Below are positions 28,905-38,747 of a DNA stretch of 58,516 nt, one piece after another. The DNA comes from Rhodospirillaceae bacterium. Its GTDB lineage: Bacteria > Pseudomonadota > Gammaproteobacteria > Steroidobacterales > Rariloculaceae. The notes under the pieces were generated by a model. The model made no database searches. It worked only from the letters and a program-made list of their open reading frames with translations, and had not been told where the DNA came from. The position numbers and the translations under genes are program-made. Position 1 is the stretch's first letter; each line of letters opens with the position of its first letter. The stretch is taken from the NCBI GenBank assembly GCA_024640685.1, contig JAHEEN010000003.1, forward strand, positions 1 to 58,516, given 5' to 3'.

Positions 28905-30172
28905 CGAAATAGCTCCAGCGCTCGGTGAAGACCCCCGACGAGGCGATGAATGTCGTCGGCGTTGTTGTAGAGGCCAAGCGAAGCCCGTGCTGTCGCCGGC
29001 ACGCAGAAGAAATCCATGACCGGCATCGCGCAGTGATGGCCCGTGCGAATTGCGACACCCTCGCGATCGAGGATCGTGCCGAGATCATGAGCGTGGATGT
29101 CATCGAAAACGAACGACAGGACGCCGGCCTTGCGCTTGGCCGTGCCGACGATGCGCAGGCCCGGAATACGCGAAAGCTCGGCCGTTGCCAGCTCGAGCAG
29201 CCGGTCTTCGTGGTCGATTCGTGCCTTCGGATCGATAGTCGCGAGATAGTCGATCGCCGCACCCAAGCCTACGGCGCCGGTAATATTGGGCGTTCCCGCC
29301 TCGAATTTGTGCGGTAGCTCGCTGTAGGTGCTCGACTCGATAGTAACCGTCAGGATCATCTCGCCACCGCCTTGGTACGGCGGCATGCGATCGAGCAACG
29401 TCTCACGGCCGTACAACAGGCCGATGCCCGTGGGGCCATACATCTTATGGCCCGATAACGCATAGAAGTCGCAGTCGATGTCCTGAACGTCGATCGGCAG
29501 ATGCGGTGCCGCTTGGGCACCATCGACAACGACGATCGCACCGGCATCGTGCGCAATCGCCGTCAGCTCCTTGACCGGATTGATCGTGCCGAGCGCGTTC
29601 GATACGTGGCCGATCGCGACGATCTTGGTGCGCTCCGTGAGCTTGCGAGAAAAGGCCTCGACGTCCAACTCGCCGCTTTGCGTCATCGGTGCGGCGAGCA
29701 GCCGTGCGCCTGTCTGCTGACAGATCAGCTGCCACGGCACGATGTTCGAGTGGTGCTCCATTTGCGTGATCAGCACTTCGTCGCTAGCCGATAGCGACAT
29801 GCGACCGAGTGACGCGGCGACCAAGTTGATCGATTCCGTCGTGCCGCGTGTAAATACGATCTCGCTGCGGCTCGGCGCATTGACGAATGCGCGGGCAAGA
29901 TCGCGTGCGTGCTCGTACGCGTCCGTCGAGCGCTGACTAAGCTCGTGGACGCCGCGGTGAATGTTCGCGTGATTGCGTTGCTCGTGGCGAACCATCGCAT
30001 CGATGACCGATTGAGGGCGCTGCGCGGAGGCGGCGCTATCGAGGTAGGTTAGCGGCTTGCCATGGACTTCCTGGTCGAGAATCGGGAAGTCTGCGCGCAA
30101 CGCCTCGATATTGGTGATCGGGTGACGTTCACTAATCGATGTTGGAGTCGCACTGCTCATATCGGAGTTCAT
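28901..30172 (-). CDS. sufS: Cysteine desulfurase SufS
   Basis: YLDSAASAQ, MEHHSN, SGHKMYGPTG, FEAGTP and RTGHHCA (type II). Confidence 0.96.
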   Translation of the reverse strand: MNSDMSSATPTSISERHPITNIEALRADFPILDQEVHGKPLTYLDSAASAQRPQSVIDAMVRHEQRNHANIHRGVHELSQRSTDAYEHARDLARAFVNAPSRSEIVFTRGTTESINLVAASLGRMSLSASDEVLITQMEHHSNIVPWQLICQQTGARLLAAPMTQSGELDVEAFSRKLTERTKIVAIGHVSNALGTINPVKELTAIAHDAGAIVVVDGAQAAPHLPIDVQDIDCDFYALSGHKMYGPTGIGLLYGRETLLDRMPPYQGGGEMILTVTIESSTYSELPHKFEAGTPNITGAVGLGAAIDYLATIDPKARIDHEDRLLELATAELSRIPGLRIVGTAKRKAGVLSFVFDDIHAHDLGTILDREGVAIRTGHHCAMPVMDFFCVPATARASLGLYNNADDIHRLVGGLHRALELFR

Positions 30173-31452
30173 GCTTGGTCGCTCGGCAGCGCAAGGCCGA
30201 ACTTCGCTGCAATTGCCGACCTTGCACCGGTAGCGGGTAGTCGCTCGAGTATTTTCTCGGCGAATCCGAGCGTCAGCAAGCCCCGCGCCGTAGCCTCGTC
30301 GATGCCGCGCGCGCGCAGGTAGAACAGCTCCGCCTCGTCGATTTCGCCGATCGTCGCGCCATGCGAGCATTTGACGTCGTCGGCATAGATCTCGAGCTCC
30401 GGCTTCGTGTCGATCTCGCCTGATTCGGCGAGCAGCAGGTTATCGCTGGACTGCATCGCTTCGATGCCCACAGTGTTCTTGTGCACGACGACCTTGCCGT
30501 TGAATACCGCGCGGCCGCGATCCCCAACGATAGCGCGATAGTGCTGCGCGCTCGCGGAATGCGATGCGCAATGGTCGATCGTGACGTGGTTGTCGATGTG
30601 CTGGCCGATCGCAGGTGTCACCAAGCCTGCAAGATCGCAACTCGAGTCCGGCTCCTGCATCCGAATCTGCAGATCGTTTCTAACGAGCTGGCCACCGATA
30701 TCCAGTGACGTCGATTTCAACGTGGCGTCCTTGCCGATCACAGCGGTCAACAGCTCCGTATGCAGCGTCGCGCTGCCGTAACGCTGCAACCGGCACAGCT
30801 CGAGGCTCGAATCGCGCGCCAGCGTAACGCGGGTCAGCAAGTTGACCCAGCTTGCATTCGTCGAGTCGCTCAACAGATGGATCACGATTTTGGCGGATGC
30901 GCCCTGGGCGACGTCGACGATCAACTGCGGTTGCACGGCGCATCGCAGCGCGGCGCTATTTGCCAGGATGACGTGCAGCGGCGTGCCCGGCGCGGCTCCG
31001 TAACCGATGCGGATGTGCGCACCGTCGCGCGCAAACGCGACGTTCAGCGCGGCGAACGGCTGACTCGGGAACTCCGCGGCGCTCGTTTGCATGCCGTATC
31101 GATCGATGCTCTCCGACAGCGTCAGCACGTCGAACCCGGCATCGGCGCGCTCCATGTCGGCGACTGTTCCGTCGACAATGACCACCGCGAGACCTTCGTC
31201 GTCGATACCGGCTTCGCCGAGCCAATGCTGGCGAGCGTCTGCGTCGACAGCGTGGTTTTGCGGAAGAAATTCGAAACCGCCGTCTACGATCGGCGCAATG
31301 TTCGTGTAGCGCCAAAGCTCGGTTTTACGGGACGGGAAGCCATGCTCGATGAACTGCGCAAACGCGGATTCACGCGCTGCCCGGACGGTCGTCGACCCAG
31401 GCAGTCGTGCTATGTGCTCATCGAAGCGGGCGTTGAGATCGGCGGGCGTCAT
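30169..31452 (-). CDS. sufD: Fe-S cluster assembly protein SufD
   Basis: ELWRYT, FNGKV and TKPELEIYADDVKCSHGAT. Confidence 0.94.
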   Translation of the reverse strand: MTPADLNARFDEHIARLPGSTTVRAARESAFAQFIEHGFPSRKTELWRYTNIAPIVDGGFEFLPQNHAVDADARQHWLGEAGIDDEGLAVVIVDGTVADMERADAGFDVLTLSESIDRYGMQTSAAEFPSQPFAALNVAFARDGAHIRIGYGAAPGTPLHVILANSAALRCAVQPQLIVDVAQGASAKIVIHLLSDSTNASWVNLLTRVTLARDSSLELCRLQRYGSATLHTELLTAVIGKDATLKSTSLDIGGQLVRNDLQIRMQEPDSSCDLAGLVTPAIGQHIDNHVTIDHCASHSASAQHYRAIVGDRGRAVFNGKVVVHKNTVGIEAMQSSDNLLLAESGEIDTKPELEIYADDVKCSHGATIGEIDEAELFYLRARGIDEATARGLLTLGFAEKILERLPATGARSAIAAKFGLALPSDQA

Positions 31453-32225
31453 GCGGATTGCACTTCCTGCTGCACCCAGTCGTAACCTCTTTCATCGAGC
31501 TCGCGTGCGAGCGTGCGGTCGCCGGATTTGACGATTCTTCCGCCGGCCAAGACGTGGACGAAGTCCGGCTCGACGAGCTCGAGCAGGCGCTCGTAGTGCG
31601 TAACCAGGATCATTGAGCGCTCGGGATTGCGCAGCGAGTTGATGCCATTAGCGACGATCTTCAATGCGTCGACGTCGAGACCGGAATCGGTCTCGTCGAG
31701 CAGTGCGAGGCGCGGTTGCAGTGTCAGCATCTGCAGAATCTCGTTACGCTTTTTCTCTCCACCGGAGAAACCTGTGTTGACACTGCGCGATAGGAAGTCC
31801 TTGTGGATCTGCATCTGCGCCATGTTGTCTTTGATTAGGCGCATGAACTCGAATGCGTCGAGCTCGGGCTCACCGCGCGCCTTGCGTTGCGCGTTGAGTG
31901 CGGCCTTCAGCAAATACGCATTGTTGACGCCCGGAATCTCTATCGGATACTGAAACGCCAGGAAAATCCCGGCTTGCGCGCGCTCCTCTGGAGCCAGATC
32001 CAAGATATCCTGACCGAGAAAAGTGACTTGGCCGCGCGTGATGTCATAACCGTCACGCCCTGCAAGCACTTGTGCCAGAGTGCTCTTGCCGGAGCCGTTC
32101 GGGCCCATGATCGCGTGGACTTCGCCGGCCCCAATCGTAAGATTCAGGCCGTTCAATATCTCTCGATCGCCGGCACGCACATGCAGATCGACAATCTCGA
32201 GCATTGGTGTTCTATCCGTTTCCAT
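31449..32225 (-). CDS. sufC: Fe-S cluster assembly ATPase SufC
   Basis: GPNGSGKST, AFQYPIEIPG, FSGGEKKR and DETDSGLD. Confidence 0.96.
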   Translation of the reverse strand: METDRTPMLEIVDLHVRAGDREILNGLNLTIGAGEVHAIMGPNGSGKSTLAQVLAGRDGYDITRGQVTFLGQDILDLAPEERAQAGIFLAFQYPIEIPGVNNAYLLKAALNAQRKARGEPELDAFEFMRLIKDNMAQMQIHKDFLSRSVNTGFSGGEKKRNEILQMLTLQPRLALLDETDSGLDVDALKIVANGINSLRNPERSMILVTHYERLLELVEPDFVHVLAGGRIVKSGDRTLARELDERGYDWVQQEVQSA

Positions 32226-33673
32226 CAGCCGACCGCTCCCTCGAGGCTCACGTTTAAAAGATTCTGTGCTTCGACGGCGAACTCCATCGGCAACTCCTTG
32301 AAAACTTCGCGGCAAAATCCATTGACGATCATGTTGACCGCATCTTCCTCGGCAAGGCCGCGCTGGCGACAGTAGAACAGCTGATCCTCGCTGATCTTCG
32401 ACGTCGTCGCTTCGTGCTCGATGCGGGCTGAGCGGTTGCGACTTTCGATGTACGGAAACGTATGTGCGCCGCACTCAGAGCCGAGCAGCAGCGAGTCGCA
32501 TTGCGTGTAATTTCGAGCATCGTCTGCGGTCGGCATGATCCGGACGAGTCCGCGATAGGCGTTCTGCGCGTGGCCAGCCGATATGCCTTTGGAGATGATC
32601 GTACTGCGCGAGTTGCGGCCGATATGAATCATCTTCGTGCCCGTGTCGGCCTGCTGATAGTTGTTCGCGACGGCCACCGAGTAGAACTCGCCGACCGAGT
32701 TCTCGCCACGCAGGACGCAACTCGGGTATTTCCACGTGATCGCAGAACCCGTCTCGACCTGAGTCCACGAGATCTTGGAGTTCGCGCCGCGGCAGTCGCC
32801 GCGCTTCGTCACGAAGTTGTAGATACCGCCGCGGCCTTCCTCGTCGCCTGGGTACCAGTTTTGAACGGTCGAGTACTTGATCTCCGCATCCTCGAGCGCA
32901 ACGAGCTCTACGACGGCTGCGTGTAGCTGATTCTCATCGCGCATTGGTGCAGTGCAGCCTTCCAAGTAGCTGACATGGCTGCCGGCGTCGGCGACGACCA
33001 GTGTGCGCTCGAACTGTCCGGTGTTGGCCGCGTTGATGCGGAAATATGTCGACAGCTCCATAGGGCAGCGCACGCCGGGTGGCACGTATACAAACGAGCC
33101 GTCGCTGAACACAGCCGAATTTAGCGCCGCGAAGAAGTTGTCGCGATAAGGAACGACCGAACCCAGATAACGCTGCACAAGCTCCGGGTGGTTCTGAGCG
33201 GCCTCGGAGAATGAGCAGAAAATCACGCCAGCCTCGGCGAGCTTTTCTTTGAACGTCGTTGCAACCGAGACGCTGTCGAATACGGCGTCGACGGCGACGC
33301 CGGCTAAGCGGGCTCGCTCGTGCAACGGTATCCCGAGCTTGTCGTAAGTCTCCAGCAGCTTCGGGTCGACCTCGTCGAGGCTCTGCGGGGCATCGGCATT
33401 GCTCTTCGGCGCTGCGTAATACGAGATCGCCTGGTAGTCGATCGGCGAATACCGGACGTGGGCCCAGGTCGGCTCCGCCATCGTCAGCCAATGTCGGTAG
33501 GCTTTGAGGCGCCACTCCGTCAAGAACTCCGGCTCGCGTTTCTTCGCCGAGATCAGCCGAATCACGTCTTCGTCGAGGCCCGGCGGAACGCGATCCTCGT
33601 CAATATCGGTGACAAAGCCGTGCTGGTACTTGCGCTGTACGAGATCGGCGACGTCGTCTTGCTCGGTAGACAT
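32225..33673 (-). CDS. sufB: Fe-S cluster assembly protein SufB
   Basis: [30 protein letters not shown] and EHEATTS. Confidence 0.97.
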   Translation of the reverse strand: MSTEQDDVADLVQRKYQHGFVTDIDEDRVPPGLDEDVIRLISAKKREPEFLTEWRLKAYRHWLTMAEPTWAHVRYSPIDYQAISYYAAPKSNADAPQSLDEVDPKLLETYDKLGIPLHERARLAGVAVDAVFDSVSVATTFKEKLAEAGVIFCSFSEAAQNHPELVQRYLGSVVPYRDNFFAALNSAVFSDGSFVYVPPGVRCPMELSTYFRINAANTGQFERTLVVADAGSHVSYLEGCTAPMRDENQLHAAVVELVALEDAEIKYSTVQNWYPGDEEGRGGIYNFVTKRGDCRGANSKISWTQVETGSAITWKYPSCVLRGENSVGEFYSVAVANNYQQADTGTKMIHIGRNSRSTIISKGISAGHAQNAYRGLVRIMPTADDARNYTQCDSLLLGSECGAHTFPYIESRNRSARIEHEATTSKISEDQLFYCRQRGLAEEDAVNMIVNGFCREVFKELPMEFAVEAQNLLNVSLEGAVG

Positions 33674-34158
33674 CAGCGGGCACGCTCCGGACTAGTGACT
33701 CGACAGCCGGGGCCGAGAACGCTGCTGCGTAGATTTGGCACTTGCGGCAACGGCTCGGCGTCGGTCGTCAGAGCGGCAAGACTCACGTCCGCAAGGGCGC
33801 GTCTAATGCCGATATTGATTTTCTGCCATGCGTGCCCGACGCGGCACGTCGATTCGAGGCTGCAGGCACCGGATGCCGAGCTGCACTCGGTAATCGCAAC
33901 CGGGCCCTCGAGCGCATCGATGATCTGGGCAGCACTAATATCCGCCGGTGGTCGCGCCAGCGCATAGCCGCCTGTAGCCCCCCGCGTCGAGACGACGAGC
34001 CCTGCGCGCACCATGGCTTTCAGCAACTTGCTGACGGTCGGTTGTGCGAGTCGCGTCGATGCCGACACCGCGCCGGCGCTGGCCAAGCCACTGCCGGTGA
34101 CCGGCAGTTGACTGAGGATCAACGTACCGTAATCGGTCAGCTTGCTGATGCGTAACAT
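33673..34158 (-). CDS. Rrf2-family SUF system regulator
   Basis: [20 protein letters not shown] and C-x6-C-x5-C ligands; first gene of the suf operon. Confidence 0.9.
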   Translation of the reverse strand: MLRISKLTDYGTLILSQLPVTGSGLASAGAVSASTRLAQPTVSKLLKAMVRAGLVVSTRGATGGYALARPPADISAAQIIDALEGPVAITECSSASGACSLESTCRVGHAWQKINIGIRRALADVSLAALTTDAEPLPQVPNLRSSVLGPGCRVTSPERAR

Positions 34159-34178
34159 GGTAAGTCCCAGTATTGGGT

Positions 34179-34203
34179 ATAAGGGACTATTTTAGTACCC
34201 TTT
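34179..34203. promoter_or_regulatory. Putative Rrf2/IscR-like operator
   Basis: ATAAGGGACTATTTTAGTACCCTTT is an imperfect palindrome with an ACTA-N3-TAGT core, 20 bp upstream of the regulator start. Confidence 0.65.
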
Positions 34204-34431
34204 GGTGCTCGGGGCAAAGCTGGCCCCCCAGGGAATCGTGTCCATAGTCATTGACGAGAGAACGTCGGCCCGCGGTTTCACTGTTGCGTAGGACTCTCGT
34301 TCGGAGACGCCCAAAGTCCGTCCCCGAGCGCTCGGCGGACGACGTTCCTGCTGCCCCGTCGCCATACCCCACGCGGTGCCGCTTCTTTAGCTCGCCTTCA
34401 ACAGCGAGAGCCTAGAGCGGTGCGGTACAGT

Positions 34432-35931
34432 TTAGATGCCGGTCCGATCCGAGTTATACGGTTGGGGTTGCGGGCCGTCGCCAGCCTGTTCCATGCGCCG
34501 GCGTTGGTCCGCGGGCATCGCGTCGACGATCTGCCGCAGCCGGGCGTCGTAGCGGGAGCGATCGACGCTGTTGACGCCAGGCGCCTCGAGCGCCATGCGC
34601 AGCTGCGTGATCGCGAGCGCCGGATTGCCGACTGACAAGTAGTACTCGCCCATATAGTAGTAGGCATTGCCAACGTCGCCTTCGGCGTTGGCGGCTCGAG
34701 CAATCAGCCGAATCTGCTCCGGCGTCGGGGGGACGTTGTTGAGCAAATCGAGCAATAGCGCGTGCGCGCGTGCTGGCTGACCGGCATTGACCAACGACTC
34801 GGCAAAGCTAATCGCCAGCGGGACATTGCGCGGGAAGAGGCCGTTTGCCTCGACGTAAACATCGATGGCGGCGTCGACGAAACCCGCAAGCATCAGCGTC
34901 TCGGCACGTGCTATCCAGAAAGCGATGATGCTCGGGTATTCGTCGACGAGTGCGGTCAGCGTGCGGTCGGCCTCGTCGATGAGCCCGAGCGATGCCTGAC
35001 ACAGCGCAAGGCCGTAGCGATCGGAGAAATCGCCGTTGCCTTGGTCGAGTCGGGCGGCAAAGATGTCGCGGGCGTTGGCTACGGATCGCGCCTGCTGGAT
35101 CGTCAGGCGGGCTTTGGCAACGCCATAGCCCATGCTGTTCGTGTGTATCGCCGCCGGCAGCAAGCGCGAGCGCGAGCGCGCCTCGGCGATACGCGCGCTC
35201 GTGACCGGATGCGTCTGCAAAAGGGCCGGAATCTGCTCGCGGGCCATGCCGTAACGCCGTGAGAGCTTCTCGAAGAACGTCGCCATGCCGCGCGTATCGA
35301 AGCCGGCGGCCGATAGCGTCTCGATGCCGACCCGATCGGCTTCGTGCTCGTTGCTCCGGGTAAAGTTGATCTGGCGCTGGATCTGCGCCGCCTGGCTAGC
35401 CGTAATGATTCCCGTCATGGCATCGCCGCCCGCATCGGCGGCTGCGCCGAGCAACACAGCCGCGAGCATTGTTGCCATCGATAAGACGCTCATGCGTTGG
35501 CTATCGTAGATCGAGCGGGCGATGTGACGTTGCGTGACGTGTGCGATTTCGTGGGCCAGCACGCCGGCGAGCTCGCTCTCCGACTCGCTCGTCAGGATCA
35601 GTCCTGCATTGACGCCGATGTACCCGCCCGGTAATGCGAACGCGTTGATTGCGCCGTCGTCGACTACGAAGAACTGAAAACTCTGCGAGCCGTCGCTCGC
35701 CTGCCCGACGAGCTGCGAGCCGATGGAGTCGATGTATTCCTGAAGCTGCGGGTCCTCGAGGATTCCCCCGGCATTGCGGATCTGGGCGACGACTTGGCGG
35801 CCGAGCTGCTCTTCCTGATTCTTATTGATGATCGCATCGGCTGGGCTGCCGAAGTCAGGCAGGTTCGGTTCCTGCGCGGCGAGCGGCAACACCGTCAGAG
35901 CGAGAACCAGATTGGCTGTGAGTCGTCGCAT
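34432..35931 (-). CDS. bepA: Periplasmic M48 metalloprotease with TPR repeats (BepA/YfgC)
   Basis: Signal peptide, INAFALPGG, HEIAH, EHEADRVG and LQTHP. Confidence 0.9.
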   Translation of the reverse strand: MRRLTANLVLALTVLPLAAQEPNLPDFGSPADAIINKNQEEQLGRQVVAQIRNAGGILEDPQLQEYIDSIGSQLVGQASDGSQSFQFFVVDDGAINAFALPGGYIGVNAGLILTSESESELAGVLAHEIAHVTQRHIARSIYDSQRMSVLSMATMLAAVLLGAAADAGGDAMTGIITASQAAQIQRQINFTRSNEHEADRVGIETLSAAGFDTRGMATFFEKLSRRYGMAREQIPALLQTHPVTSARIAEARSRSRLLPAAIHTNSMGYGVAKARLTIQQARSVANARDIFAARLDQGNGDFSDRYGLALCQASLGLIDEADRTLTALVDEYPSIIAFWIARAETLMLAGFVDAAIDVYVEANGLFPRNVPLAISFAESLVNAGQPARAHALLLDLLNNVPPTPEQIRLIARAANAEGDVGNAYYYMGEYYLSVGNPALAITQLRMALEAPGVNSVDRSRYDARLRQIVDAMPADQRRRMEQAGDGPQPQPYNSDRTGI

Positions 35932-35967
35932 CGTGATTTAGAGTCGTCGAGCTCCCACAATGTTCCG

Positions 35968-36435
35968 TCAGAGTGCCTTGACCGCGGCAAATACTTCGCG
36001 GACATGGCCGTCGACTTTAACCTTGCGCCACTCTTGGCGCAGCACTCCGTCGGCGTCGATCAAGAACGTACTGCGTACGATACCCATGACCTTCTTGCCA
36101 TACATGTTCTTTTCCTTGATCACGTCGAACGTGTTGCAGAGCTTCTCGTCGGTATCGGCGAGCAGGTCGAACGGGAATCCGAACTTTGTCTTGAACTTTT
36201 CATGCGAAGCGACAGTATCCCTGGATACGCCAAGCACGACTGTGTCGAGTTGCTGAAACTTGTTGTTGTAGCGGCGAAAATCCTTGCCCTCGAGGGTACA
36301 CCCGGGCGTGTCGTCGCGGGGATAGAAGTACAAGACGACATTCTTGCCGCGCAGATCCTTGGATCGAATCGTTTGCTCTCCAGTTGCCGGCAGCGAGAAT
36401 GCCGGAATTTTCTTTCCTACGCTGACTTGCGCCAT
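35968..36435 (-). CDS. bcp: Peroxiredoxin Q/BCP
   Basis: LYFYPRDDTPGCT and RSTFLID. Confidence 0.92.
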   Translation of the reverse strand: MAQVSVGKKIPAFSLPATGEQTIRSKDLRGKNVVLYFYPRDDTPGCTLEGKDFRRYNNKFQQLDTVVLGVSRDTVASHEKFKTKFGFPFDLLADTDEKLCNTFDVIKEKNMYGKKVMGIVRSTFLIDADGVLRQEWRKVKVDGHVREVFAAVKAL

Positions 36436-36455
36436 CGATGATGTACTCCGTATTG

Positions 36456-36986
36456 CTAGCTCTTGACGGGCTCCATGATCGCATCGAGGTTCAGCTGATC
36501 ACAGAAGTCCATGAATTCCTCACGCAGACGCGAGATATGCAGGCTTGCCGGGATGTTGACGAACATCTGCACTGAAAACATTGGCGCACCCGTGTTTGCT
36601 GCCGGGTAGCTGCGGGTCGTCACCTCACCGAGCTCGATATTCCGTTCGGCGAAAAAGCTGGCGAGATTGTGGATGATCCCAGGTTGATCGATGCATACGA
36701 CGTCGATCGCATACGGTAGCAGCTCGCGCGCAAGCGGCTTGACCTCCGTGCGCTTGAGCTGAATCGTCAGCGAGTTCGTCTCGCCGAAACGGGCGAGTTC
36801 CTGCTCCATTCGGCTGACGGCGTGCCAATTGCCCGAAACGAGTAGCTGCGCCGCGAACTCTGCGCCTAGTGCCGTCATCCGGCTTTCCTTGACGCTGCCG
36901 CCGCAATCCAAGATCACACGCGTCAAGTCCCGCACGACGCCGGTGCGATCGCCTCCGATCGCAGAAATAACCATGAGCTGTTCCAT
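36456..36986 (-). CDS. gcvR: Glycine cleavage system regulatory protein (two ACT domains)
   Basis: GGDRTGVV and DQPGII; divergent from dapA as in other Gammaproteobacteria. Confidence 0.88.
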   Translation of the reverse strand: MEQLMVISAIGGDRTGVVRDLTRVILDCGGSVKESRMTALGAEFAAQLLVSGNWHAVSRMEQELARFGETNSLTIQLKRTEVKPLARELLPYAIDVVCIDQPGIIHNLASFFAERNIELGEVTTRSYPAANTGAPMFSVQMFVNIPASLHISRLREEFMDFCDQLNLDAIMEPVKS

Positions 36987-37140
36987 CGGCCAGGCGTCCG
37001 GGGCAGGGGCTGTACAGGCAGCCAGTGTAACTCTATCCCTGAACGTAGCTCAAAGCCGTTCGCTGCCCTACTATCGCGGTTGCACGGGTTCTGGGTCGAC
37101 ATTACCATCGCGGCCTGTTCCCCCGTTTCAGGAAAGCCGC

Positions 37141-38028
37141 ATGTTCGAAGGCAGCACGGTTGCGTTGATAACGCCCATGAGCGCCGACGGGAACATCGAT
37201 TTCGCGCAGCTCGCCCAGCTCATCGATTTTCACATCGACGCGGGGACCGAGGCACTCGTCATCGCAGGAACGACAGGGGAGTCGGCAACGCTGACTAAGC
37301 CTGAGCACGTGGATCTGATTGCGAGATCCTGCGAGCTCGCCGGATCGCGAATCCCGATCATCGCAGGGACCGGATCGAACTCGACGGCACAGACGCTCGA
37401 GCTAACCCGTGCGGTTGGCGAGCTTCCGGTTGCGGGGTTTCTCGTCGTGACACCCTATTACAACAAACCCAACCAGGAAGGTCTGTATCGCCATTTTTCG
37501 GCCGTGGCCGATGCGGTGAGCCAGCCGATCATTCTCTATAACGTGCCGGGACGCACTGGCGTCGATCTAAAGGTCGAAACCGTTGCGCGCCTTGCGCCAC
37601 ATCCAAATGTCGCTGCCATCAAAGAGGCAACGGGAGAGGTTGCACGCGTCGCGACGCTCAAGGCTTCGTGCGGTGACAGCTTTGCACTGCTCAGCGGCGA
37701 CGACGGAACTTCAGCGGAGTTCATGCTGAGTGGCGGACATGGTTGTATCTCGGTAACGGCGAACGTCGCACCGCGCAAGATGCGCGCACTGTGCGACGCC
37801 GCTCGGCAGGGCCTGCGCGATGCCGCAGCCGATATCGATGCCGAGCTTGCGCCGCTGCACGCAGCGTTGTTCCTCGAAAGCAATCCGATCCCCGTCAAGT
37901 GGGCCGTCGAGCAGATGGGCCTGGCCGGTCCGGGAATTCGCCTGCCGCTGATTCCGTTGAATCCCGACTACCACGAGCGCGTGCTGGCTGCGATGGCGGC
38001 TGCGGGTGTTGCGCCGGGAGCGCCATGA
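37141..38028 (+). CDS. dapA: 4-hydroxy-tetrahydrodipicolinate synthase
   Basis: GTTGES, TPYYNKP, LYNVPGRT, IKEATG, SGDD and ESNPIPVK. Confidence 0.97.
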   Translation: MFEGSTVALITPMSADGNIDFAQLAQLIDFHIDAGTEALVIAGTTGESATLTKPEHVDLIARSCELAGSRIPIIAGTGSNSTAQTLELTRAVGELPVAGFLVVTPYYNKPNQEGLYRHFSAVADAVSQPIILYNVPGRTGVDLKVETVARLAPHPNVAAIKEATGEVARVATLKASCGDSFALLSGDDGTSAEFMLSGGHGCISVTANVAPRKMRALCDAARQGLRDAAADIDAELAPLHAALFLESNPIPVKWAVEQMGLAGPGIRLPLIPLNPDYHERVLAAMAAAGVAPGAP

Positions 38029-38327
38029 TCGCCCGATTCCTACTGTCCGCGGTAGCGCTGCTATTCGTCGCCGGCTGCGGTCGCGATGCGCTGTTGCGCT
38101 GCGAGAATCCCGAGATGTACAGAGGCTCGGGCGAGCGTGCGCCGATCCAGATACCGGACGACTTGAGCGTTCCCAACGAGTCCGATGCGTTGCGGATTCC
38201 GTCGGGCGAACGGCTCGCTGTCGTCGAGGACGAAGATGACGAGTCGGTGGCTGTCCCTTGCCTGGAGCTGCCCCCCGACTACTACGAAGGACTCGGCGAG
38301 GCCGGCGCAGCACCCGCGCAGGACTGA
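38025..38327 (+). CDS. Short lipoprotein at the bamC position (100 aa)
   Basis: ATGA overlap with dapA, lipobox VAGC, and PIQIPDDLSVP resembling the BamC N-terminal segment. Confidence 0.75.
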   Translation: MIARFLLSAVALLFVAGCGRDALLRCENPEMYRGSGERAPIQIPDDLSVPNESDALRIPSGERLAVVEDEDDESVAVPCLELPPDYYEGLGEAGAAPAQD

Positions 38328-38461
38328 CGCATTCGGTCCCCAAGAATCCGATTCGGCCCCTGTATTATGTCGAATTTGTGACGCGGGTCGTCGCGGCTAG
38401 CCAACCCGACCTGTAGATCAGTTTCCGTACGAGTCGAATCGATTGTCGAACGGGTGAATCT

Positions 38462-38593
38462 ATGAGTGCCGAAGTCGCCGTCCTGCTATTCATCGGTAAT
38501 GCGGTCCTGTTCTGGCTCTGGTCGAGCCATCTGCTGCCGCTGCTCGATGGATCGCGCACGACGCGCCGTCGTTGTCCGCATTGCGGTCAATAG
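38462..38593 (+). CDS. 43-aa small membrane protein with C-terminal CPHCG motif (not in ORF track)
   Basis: MSAEVAVLLFIGNAVLFWLWSSHLLPLLDGSRTTRRRCPHCGQ; GGGTGA RBS-like sequence upstream; GC-rich third codon positions. Confidence 0.6.
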   Translation: MSAEVAVLLFIGNAVLFWLWSSHLLPLLDGSRTTRRRCPHCGQ

Positions 38594-38747
38594 CCGCTAC
38601 TCCGCACGCAGCGTTATTTACGGCTGGCCATGAATCGCAGCCTCACGATGACGGCGTGGCCTGGTTTGTGGCAACGGTGCTCGCATCGAGATTTACCCAC
38701 CGTCTCGGCGTCGGTACACTTCCGGTCGGTTCAGGGACTCCGTGACA

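Noticed and set aside
38665-38690. Sigma54 promoter before the FG-GAP gene (TGGCAACGGTGCTCGC)
   Set aside because: GG-to-GC spacing is one base off the strict -24/-12 geometry.
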